Shown in pieces: positions 27,285-34,201 of a stretch of DNA of 64,000 nt. The notes under the pieces are model-generated. The model was given only the letters and a program-made list of their open reading frames with translations, did not search any database and was not told where the DNA came from. The DNA is from Acutalibacteraceae bacterium (GTDB lineage: Bacteria; Bacillota; Clostridia; Oscillospirales; Acutalibacteraceae), in contig JAZUJK010000007.1 in the NCBI GenBank assembly GCA_045642705.1, positions 31,736 to 95,735 on the forward strand, given 5' to 3'. The translations under genes and the position numbers were made by a program. Numbering within the stretch: position 1 is the stretch's first letter; the number at the start of each line of letters is the position of its first letter.

Positions 27285-27861
27285 AGTATTTTTTTACATG
27301 ATAATCGAATAGAGACTTAATACATGACGTTATATTGCTTGTAGAAACCGATGCAGAGGTTACTGCATCAACATCTATTCCATCAACTTGTGTTTTATAT
27401 CCCTTCCAGGCATCAAAATCAGCTTTTGTCTTTCCTACCATAGGCTGTATGAAATTCGCGTCGAAATATTCTGGCGTGTAATTTGTTGTTCCATATGTCG
27501 GATTACTATCACCCCACATACCTTTTCCGTCTGAGAAGGTAATAGTTCTGATAGATGCTTTATCTGGAGTCTCCTTAGTATTAAGGATTTCTATATACAT
27601 AACTGAGTAATAGTTAACGCTTACATCCCTACAAGTACAAGAAATGAACGCCACTTGATAAGATGTAAACGTTTCATTTGCATACTCGAAAAGAATTACT
27701 GCAGTCTCATCTTCCTCTGTGCCACCAGAAGCGTAGTGCGTGTAATGGAACATATCATAAGGTTGATTCCCATCACTAGGACTCGCTTCACTTTTGGCAC
27801 ATCCGGTAAGACCTGTGATTGCAAGTATGAAGCATAATACTAAAGCAATACTTCGTCTCAT
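27256..27861 (-). CDS. FMN_bind-domain-like lipoprotein
   Basis: I prefer the start MRRSIALV (27861), which follows GGGAG; the ORF track start is 27873. The lipobox is LTGC-AK. The C-terminal layout ...FIQPMVGKTKADFDAWKG...VDGIDVDAVTSASVSTSNITSCIKSL matches FMN_bind domains ending in D-[AS]-x-[ST]-[GS]-A-[ST]. Confidence 0.5.
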   Translation of the reverse strand: MRRSIALVLCFILAITGLTGCAKSEASPSDGNQPYDMFHYTHYASGGTEEDETAVILFEYANETFTSYQVAFISCTCRDVSVNYYSVMYIEILNTKETPDKASIRTITFSDGKGMWGDSNPTYGTTNYTPEYFDANFIQPMVGKTKADFDAWKGYKTQVDGIDVDAVTSASVSTSNITSCIKSLFDYHVKKYYGEKINEKG

Positions 27862-27873
27862 AAAGTCTCCCAA

Positions 27874-28434
27874 TTATTCAGCAACAATTTCTACTACATA
27901 CTTTGCATAGAATTCAGATGTCTCTTCAAGGCATGGTGCGAACCAAACTGTTCCATCTTCGCCTGTCTCTTTATTCTTCTCAATAGCAACAAGAGTATAA
28001 GGAGCGTTCTCTTCTGTAATTACGAATGGTGCATCACTCTCGTGACCATCACTGCACTTAGCAGTAATCTTAGTTGCATTTTCACAACCAGCTGCCTTCA
28101 AAACGTCCTTGATTGCATATCCGCCATATGTAGCTTCCTTAGTATTGCCTGATGAATTTGTTGTTTCTACTGTAATCTTGTAGAAAGAGCAATCTTTAAG
28201 ATCTGCATTTGTGATAGCTTTACCATTTACTTTGAATGAGAAATCACCAACAGTTACTTTGTCTGTTGCATCTTTGATTTCTGGAGCACCATCATTAGTT
28301 GGCGCCTGGCTAGCTGGCTCTGAAGCTGCTGGCTTAGAAGGCTCTTCTGGAGCAGCTGGAGCCTTAGCGCATGCTGCAAAGCTAAGTACCATAACAAGTG
28401 AAAGTACGAGTGCGAGAATTTTTGAAAGTTTCAT
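27874..28434 (-). CDS. Lipoprotein with one copy of the module repeated in the 968-aa protein
   Basis: The lipobox is SFAAC-AK, followed by a Pro/Ala-rich linker. The domain reads FSFKVNGKAITNADLKD...ATYGGYAIKDVLKAAG...DG...YTLVAIEKN...AKYVVEIV. The RBS AAAGGGG lies upstream. Confidence 0.5.
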   Translation of the reverse strand: MKLSKILALVLSLVMVLSFAACAKAPAAPEEPSKPAASEPASQAPTNDGAPEIKDATDKVTVGDFSFKVNGKAITNADLKDCSFYKITVETTNSSGNTKEATYGGYAIKDVLKAAGCENATKITAKCSDGHESDAPFVITEENAPYTLVAIEKNKETGEDGTVWFAPCLEETSEFYAKYVVEIVAE

Positions 28435-28463
28435 TTAAATTACCCCTTTTTAATTAATATTTA

Positions 28464-29243
28464 TCAAATGTTAGGAGGAATAATAATATCCCTACCAACA
28501 TCATCTACAAATTTTAGTTTTAGTTTAGTTCCATAAACTCTCTTTAAGGTTTCTTCAGTAATTATTTTGTCGCTGTCACCAACCGTTAGGTGGCCATCTC
28601 TATCAAGGATAGCAGTTGTACCGCCAAGCATAATTGCATGATCGGGATTGTGCGTTGTAATAATAATTGCGTAGCCTTTCTCTTTTAATGATTTAATCAT
28701 CTTGAGAGTCTTTAACTGATTTCCAAAATCGAGATGAGACGTTGGCTCATCGAAAAGAATAGCGCGAGGCTCTTGGACAAGTGCTCTTGCAATTGTTGCC
28801 TGCTGACGCTCACCACCAGAAATTTCTGTATATGGCTTATCCGCGAGTCCAGCAATACCAACTTCTTCCAATGCTTTCTCAACCAATTCAAAATCATACG
28901 CATGTGGTCGTTCAAACATGCCAATCTTAGGAGCGCGTCCCATAAGTACAAAGTTGAACACTGTATATGAAAAAGCTGGTGTATGCGTCTGTGGCACGTA
29001 GCTTAAAATGGAAGCCACTTCCTTCGGCTTCATTTTAGTTGTATCCTTGCCACAGAGTTTGATTGTACCGCTATCTGGTTTGTTCAGTGCAGCAAGCAAA
29101 TTAAGTAATGTACTCTTGCCCGCTCCGTTTGGGCCGAGTATCGAAATTACTTGTCCTTCATCAAGTGTAAGTGACACATCGTGAAGTATTTGCCTATCGT
29201 TCTTGTTATACGAAAAGTTTATATTCTCTGCTTCTATAATCAT
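28464..29243 (-). CDS. ABC transporter ATP-binding protein, FecE/FhuC/BtuD type
   Basis: Walker A GPNGAGKST, signature ISGGERQQATIARAL and Walker B ILFDEPTSHLD. 259 aa. Confidence 0.85.
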   Translation of the reverse strand: MIIEAENINFSYNKNDRQILHDVSLTLDEGQVISILGPNGAGKSTLLNLLAALNKPDSGTIKLCGKDTTKMKPKEVASILSYVPQTHTPAFSYTVFNFVLMGRAPKIGMFERPHAYDFELVEKALEEVGIAGLADKPYTEISGGERQQATIARALVQEPRAILFDEPTSHLDFGNQLKTLKMIKSLKEKGYAIIITTHNPDHAIMLGGTTAILDRDGHLTVGDSDKIITEETLKRVYGTKLKLKFVDDVGRDIIIPPNI

Positions 29244-30316
29244 GTCAGTGTCTTCCTTTGCCTATATAGAAGTATTGCATAGAACGGAGCTCCGATAAGA
29301 CCTGTCAAGATGCTTACAGGCATCTCTGCAACACTTATCGTCCTTGTTATCGTATCAACAAGAAGTAAGAATATACCACCCATCAGTCCCGCTGCTGGGA
29401 TAAGTTTTGTATTGTTAGGACCAACTATCATTCGAGCAAAATGTGGAATTACAAGTCCTATCCAACCGATTGTACCTGAAATACAAACCGCACTTGCAGT
29501 CATCAGTGTTGCACAAGCAATAGCAATATTTCTTACAATCACAATGTTGGCACCGAGTGACTTGGCCTCTGACTCACCCATGGATAAGATATCTAGCCAC
29601 CAAGACATAGCAAAGAGAATGATACAAGGAATAATCATTGTCCAGATTACTCCACCTATCTCATCGAGTGTTACATATGAGAAACTACCCATTGTCCAAT
29701 AAGTGATTGCTGCAAGTTCAGTCTCCGGATCAGCAACATATTTAATGAAGCCCAATATTGAACTCATCGCTCCTCCGACAATTACACCGGACAGTACCAA
29801 CATAATATTGGAGTCTGATTTCATAACGGACGGAATCATAACAGTTATTGTTACTGCTAAAATGCCACCAATAAATGCAAAAATTGACAAATATAGTCCC
29901 GAGAGGCCCATAAGGATCGCAATTGCAGCACCTATACATGCACCATTTGACACGCCGAGGAAGTCAGGTGATACAAGTGGGTTTTTGAAAATGCTCTGGT
30001 ATGATACACCTGAAATAGCCAGCATCATTCCACATAGTACGCTTGCCACGATTCGCGGAATTCTAAGACCAATTACAACATTTCTTGTCATCTCGGAGTA
30101 GGAGCCACCCCTACCAAAGAGTTCTCCGAAAAGCACTTCAATACTTTCCTTTGGAGTAATAGGATACTTTCCAGCACAGAGAGCAATCACTATACAAATT
30201 GCAAGAATAGCAAGCAAGAGAATGTCAAAACCTATTGCATAAAAAGTGCTTCTATTTGATTTTTTTGTTACTTTAGAAGCTGTATCCAATCTCATCACCT
30301 GTGAATGTTCTTCCAT
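29240..30316 (-). CDS. FecCD-family ABC permease (iron-chelate/heme/cobalamin type)
   Basis: 358-aa polytopic ORF with RIPRIVASVLCGMMLAISG, GASIGAA-like blocks and the C-terminal GAPFYAILLYRQRK typical of FecCD/BtuC. The true start may lie downstream of 30316. Confidence 0.85.
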   Translation of the reverse strand: MEEHSQVMRLDTASKVTKKSNRSTFYAIGFDILLLAILAICIVIALCAGKYPITPKESIEVLFGELFGRGGSYSEMTRNVVIGLRIPRIVASVLCGMMLAISGVSYQSIFKNPLVSPDFLGVSNGACIGAAIAILMGLSGLYLSIFAFIGGILAVTITVMIPSVMKSDSNIMLVLSGVIVGGAMSSILGFIKYVADPETELAAITYWTMGSFSYVTLDEIGGVIWTMIIPCIILFAMSWWLDILSMGESEAKSLGANIVIVRNIAIACATLMTASAVCISGTIGWIGLVIPHFARMIVGPNNTKLIPAAGLMGGIFLLLVDTITRTISVAEMPVSILTGLIGAPFYAILLYRQRKTLT

Positions 30317-31316
30317 ATAGGAATGAATAATAATTATCTATCTTTTCCTGAAGCATATCATTTGGTACTTTATCAGGATATAAGCGATTCATCATATAGT
30401 ACATAGCTAATATGAAACCTGGGCCTGGCATATCCCAAGAATCAAATTTTGCAGGAATCTGAGAGATGCTATGAGTCTTGACAGCACTTACTGCGCTCCA
30501 AGCAGAATCCTCATAGAAATCTCCCATTTTATAATCAAGTACCGTAGAACTTGTAACGAAAATATATTCTGGGTTGAGTTCAAACACCTTTTCAACACCA
30601 CAGTCAGCCCAATATCTTTCCTCTTTACCTACGACACCATCCACAAGTGTCTTAGCACCAATACGCTTTAGCATTATTGTTTGAATCATATCTTCGCCAG
30701 CAATACGTGAAAAACGAGATCCAAGGCAAATAGCAGTAATCTTATCATCTTCCTTGATAGTTGCTGCAAGAGCATCTATCTCATCGAGTTCGCCTTGAAT
30801 ATAGTCATTAATCTCTTTTGCTCGTGCCTCAACACCAAAGATCTGTCCAAACATTGTATAAGCTTTCATTACTTCCTCTGGAGTCTCAGCAGACAAAGTA
30901 ATTGATGGAATACCAAGTGTGGCTGCTATTTCAATCTTAGGAGTATCTGAAATTCTACATATATAAACGCTAGGATTTATGGTTGCAAGTGCTTCTTGGT
31001 CAAGTGTATTCGTTGTACCAATATTACCTGTACCAACTATCACCTCATCACACAACCTATAGAATGACTTATTCTTAAAATTACATGCAACTACTCTATC
31101 AGAGAGGTTAAGCGTAGATAAGAATGGAGTTGCTACACCATAAGTTGAAGCAATAGTAGTTGACTTTGTATCCTTAGGCACTTGTACTTCCCGTCCCGCC
31201 ATATCTGTGACAGTTATTGTATTATTGTCAGTTTGCGACTCAGTCTGTCTCCCTGCACAAGAAGCTAGAGAGAAACACATAACGATTACGAGCAGTAAAG
31301 AGATATACTTTTTCAA
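30273..31316 (-). CDS. Peripla_BP_2-type substrate-binding lipoprotein (siderophore/heme/cobalamin class)
   Basis: The lipobox is SLASC-AG. It has the two-lobe pattern with the terminal ...SWDMPGPGFILAMYYM. I set the start at the TTG (31316) after GGAGG. The longer ORF (to 31367) would translate through the leader terminator hairpin. Confidence 0.8.
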   Translation of the reverse strand: MKKYISLLLVIVMCFSLASCAGRQTESQTDNNTITVTDMAGREVQVPKDTKSTTIASTYGVATPFLSTLNLSDRVVACNFKNKSFYRLCDEVIVGTGNIGTTNTLDQEALATINPSVYICRISDTPKIEIAATLGIPSITLSAETPEEVMKAYTMFGQIFGVEARAKEINDYIQGELDEIDALAATIKEDDKITAICLGSRFSRIAGEDMIQTIMLKRIGAKTLVDGVVGKEERYWADCGVEKVFELNPEYIFVTSSTVLDYKMGDFYEDSAWSAVSAVKTHSISQIPAKFDSWDMPGPGFILAMYYMMNRLYPDKVPNDMLQEKIDNYYSFLYGRTFTGDEIGYSF

Positions 31317-31328
31317 AATAATTCCTCC

Positions 31329-31365
31329 AAAACAAAAAGTGGACTTCTCAGAGAGAGAAGTCCAC
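31329..31365 (-). terminator. Intrinsic terminator inside the 5' leader (attenuator)
   Basis: The stem GUGGACUUCUC / GAGAAGUCCAC (31365-31355 / 31349-31339) is followed by UUUUUGUUUU. It sits 10 nt upstream of the RBS of the SBP gene. Confidence 0.65.
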
Positions 31366-31494
31366 ATATGTTATCTAGTATACTCTGCCCTCTTTTCAAT
31401 AAGGAAGGTGAATTCGTTTCCAAATCCGCCCCGGTCAAGAACCCATGGCAAAATGCTTTAGGGTAAATGACTCGAAAGCTATTATTTAATTTAC
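31366..31494 (-). promoter_or_regulatory. Unclassified structured leader (candidate riboswitch/attenuator aptamer region)
   Basis: ~130 nt lie between the predicted TSS and the terminator. The 5' AUCUAG can pair with CUAGAU ~130 nt downstream, enclosing the hairpin GGUAAAU...AUUUACC and a GC-rich core (GACCGGGGCGGAUUUGGAAACGAAUUCACC). I see no B12 box and no other riboswitch signature I recognise. Confidence 0.35.
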
Positions 31495-31500
31495 CTAGAT

Positions 31501-31529
31501 ATTATACAACACAATTGTATCAAAAGCAA
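31501..31529 (-). promoter_or_regulatory. Promoter of the ABC/lipoprotein operon
   Basis: TTGCTT (31529-31524), 17 nt, TATAAT (31506-31501). Confidence 0.55.
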
Positions 31530-31542
31530 TTATGTATTTTTC

Positions 31543-32796
31543 TTAATCGAGGCCACGCTCATCAAAGCGGAATGCAGTCTCAAGAAGTGTGTTGATGCCT
31601 GCCTTGATTGTGCGCTCATCGAGATTGTCTGCTGTGTCAAGACGTGTGTGATAATAGCGAGCTGGAGTTGGATCCATTGCTGCGAGGCAGCAAGCTTTCA
31701 TACCACCCTGAGCAAGAGCTGCAGCATCTGATGAACCAAAGAATACATTTGCATAAGGAAGGTCAAGACCAGCAGTCTTAGAACACTCCTTAACAAGTGC
31801 AGCTGTCTTGGCATCAAGCTTTACAGTGCCTGTCATATCCTTGTTATAGATACCCATGAAATCAAAGTCACGAAGTGTATCTGTGCATACTGCGATTGTC
31901 TCGATACCTGAGTCGGCATATTCCTTGGCATGCTTCTTAACGAAAGCCTTGGCACCGCGGAGACCAGCCTCCTCAGATGACATTGAAATAGATACAACCT
32001 CTGTATTTTCGAAACGGATATCATTGTCATTTAAGTACTGCATAACAGCCATAGATGCGAAAACACCTGAGAGGTTATCGTTAGCGCCATCAACACAAAT
32101 GCTCCAGTTCATAAAGAAGAGAACGAGTATCATTGCAGGAACTGAAAGAATTGCGAAAATCTTGGCAACGATAGTAAACCAAGTAGCTGCAACGCCACAT
32201 ACTGTGAGGATTACGATAACAAGATCTGCAACGAGGCATACAATGCCAGTTGCGATAATTGCTGTAAGTAAATGTCCGCCACCGAGATATGTATAGCGCC
32301 ACTCCCAAGCTGAATCAACATGTCCAGAGAAAATGATACGGCGTTTTGTCTCGCCTGCAGCTTTTCTTGTACATACTACATTATATGCATCCTTCTTAGG
32401 GAAAAGTGGATCGAGCAATTCCTTATAGAAAAGAAACTCACCGAGAATACATACTACAGAAATAACTGTTAGGATAAGTGCAACAATGGCAAGAGCTGTT
32501 ATTGGCTTTACGAAGAAGTAGATGATGAGAAGAACTGCTGTAATTAGCATGCATATACCATCTACAAGTACCCATCCCATAAAAGCCTTAGGATGAAGTG
32601 TAAAGTCCTCTTTATCAATCTTATCAGCAACTTTACCCATGTGGTCAATTACATAATCCTGAGCCTTGTGCTCCTCTGGATAACCAGATGCACGACCACC
32701 GCACATATCAATTACTGTCTTAATCTGAGTCTTGACATAATCTGTATACTTATCAAGTTGCTCATCATAGTTTTTTACGCTTTCTTTTGCAAGCAT
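31543..32796 (-). CDS. M28-family metallopeptidase with membrane-spanning insertions (paralog 2)
   Basis: The M28 ligand set is readable: FSGHVDSAW, DGANDNLSG, SSEEAGLRG, GSSDAAA and YYHTRLD. About 6 TM helices are inserted before and between GHVDS and DGANDN. Confidence 0.65.
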   Translation of the reverse strand: MLAKESVKNYDEQLDKYTDYVKTQIKTVIDMCGGRASGYPEEHKAQDYVIDHMGKVADKIDKEDFTLHPKAFMGWVLVDGICMLITAVLLIIYFFVKPITALAIVALILTVISVVCILGEFLFYKELLDPLFPKKDAYNVVCTRKAAGETKRRIIFSGHVDSAWEWRYTYLGGGHLLTAIIATGIVCLVADLVIVILTVCGVAATWFTIVAKIFAILSVPAMILVLFFMNWSICVDGANDNLSGVFASMAVMQYLNDNDIRFENTEVVSISMSSEEAGLRGAKAFVKKHAKEYADSGIETIAVCTDTLRDFDFMGIYNKDMTGTVKLDAKTAALVKECSKTAGLDLPYANVFFGSSDAAALAQGGMKACCLAAMDPTPARYYHTRLDTADNLDERTIKAGINTLLETAFRFDERGLD

Positions 32797-32814
32797 TAAA
32801 AAACATCTCCCTTT

Positions 32815-32848
32815 TATATTATAAGAGGCTAGGCATTCGCCTAGCCTC
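32815..32848 (-). terminator. Hairpin / weak terminator between the two M28 paralogs
   Basis: The stem GAGGCTAGGC / GCCTAGCCTC (32825-32834 / 32839-32848) is followed on the minus strand by UUAUAAUAUAAAA. The U-tract is poor, and the sequence may also carry a TATAAT box. Confidence 0.4.
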
Positions 32849-32860
32849 AGTTAAATCAAA

Positions 32861-34102
32861 TTACTGCTTTGCGCCCTCATCGAACTTATCAAGTACACGA
32901 ACAGATACTGCATAGCAATCTGCAAGTCCCTTGTTATCCATGTTGTCATATGAGTCACGGCGTGTATGATAGTAATTCTCAAGCTTGTGGTTAAGTCCTG
33001 TAATACCTGTTGAACGGAAACCGCCCTGTGCAAATGCTGCATTATCTGTAGCACCGCCAAGTGGTGGAACCATACCCTTCTTGCACTGGATATTAAGTTC
33101 CTGTGCTGCTTCCATGAAGAGGTCAGATACATCCTTATCAGCCTTAACTGTTGCATTGAGGTCACGATAGTTAGTAAGAAGATACTTAGGATCGTGAATT
33201 GTATCATAAGAATAAATGAATGTTGGAACATCCTGGAACTCACCCTTGTGAGCTTCGCACCATGCCTTAGAACCACGGAGACCAGCTTCCTCTGAACCGG
33301 AGAGGATAACGCCTACTTCTGTGTTCTCAAGCTCGATGCCTGCATCCTTCATAGCCTTGAGGATTGCAATACCCATGTAGCAACCAGAAAGGTTGTCGTT
33401 AGCACCATCAACGATGCGATAACGGTTCCACATAAAGAACATATAAATCCAGAAAGGAACGAAGATAAGTCCGATATAAGCCATCTTAGCAATTGTAGAT
33501 GTAAGACCAGCTACAAGAATAGCGATATCAAGACCAAGATAATAAAGTGTACCAATAGCTGAGATAATGATAAGTCCCTCAAAGAGAATACCACCACCGA
33601 GGTAGTTTGCTGGCCACTCCCAAGCTGCGTCCTGGTGACCGTTGAAGAAAATTCTTCTCTTAACTTCACCCTTGCAAGACTTGATAGCTGTAACGTTAGT
33701 ACCAACCTTCTTTGGGAACATAAAGTCTACAACTTTCTTGTAGAGACCGAACTGAAGAAGTGCAAGAATCCAACCGAAAAGAATACAAGCAATACCAACG
33801 ATTGCTGCAACCTTGCTACCTGGGCAAAGTGGGATAAGAATAAGTGCGATGAAGCAAAGTGTGAATGTGATATGAATCCAGCCATAGAATGAACCTGGGT
33901 TCTCATCAAATGACTCGATGTCAACCTTTTCACATCCGCAGTCATTCTTCAATACATCTGCCATGTATTCACTTGCAAGTCTCTCACCCTCTGAACCTGG
34001 ATCTCTCTTAGGCAAATTCTTACAAATGTGAGTAATCTCGTTTACGATATACTCTGCGCTTTTGTCCTTCTCTGCAATTAAAGCGTCAAATTTTTCACTC
34101 AT
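32861..34102 (-). CDS. M28-family metallopeptidase with membrane-spanning insertions (paralog 1)
   Basis: It has the same motif set as its neighbour: FNGHQDAAW, DGANDNLSG, GSEEAGLRG, GATDNAA and YYHTRRD, with the same TM architecture. Confidence 0.65.
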   Translation of the reverse strand: MSEKFDALIAEKDKSAEYIVNEITHICKNLPKRDPGSEGERLASEYMADVLKNDCGCEKVDIESFDENPGSFYGWIHITFTLCFIALILIPLCPGSKVAAIVGIACILFGWILALLQFGLYKKVVDFMFPKKVGTNVTAIKSCKGEVKRRIFFNGHQDAAWEWPANYLGGGILFEGLIIISAIGTLYYLGLDIAILVAGLTSTIAKMAYIGLIFVPFWIYMFFMWNRYRIVDGANDNLSGCYMGIAILKAMKDAGIELENTEVGVILSGSEEAGLRGSKAWCEAHKGEFQDVPTFIYSYDTIHDPKYLLTNYRDLNATVKADKDVSDLFMEAAQELNIQCKKGMVPPLGGATDNAAFAQGGFRSTGITGLNHKLENYYHTRRDSYDNMDNKGLADCYAVSVRVLDKFDEGAKQ

Positions 34103-34154
34103 ATTGCATACCTCCTATATTATATTTCCGAATAAAAGCACTTATATTTTAACA

Positions 34155-34187
34155 TAAAAAGCGCTCGAGTGTAAACCACTCGAGCGC
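34155..34187 (-). terminator. Intrinsic terminator ending the CODH/ACS operon
   Basis: GCGCUCGAGUGG-UUUA-CACUCGAGCGC is followed by UUUUU on the minus strand, 15 nt after the acsC::acsE stop. Confidence 0.75.
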
Positions 34188-34201
34188 AATTTTTAATATT
34201 T

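Noticed and set aside
31317-31494. A cobalamin riboswitch upstream of the BtuF/FhuD-like ABC operon.
   Set aside because: It is expected from context. However, I could not find the B12 box (GCCACUG), the GGUG..AAUCC / GCAGCCCCCGC core, or the AGCCAGGAGACCUGCC-like 3' element. I kept it only as an unclassified leader. A covariance-model search should still be run.
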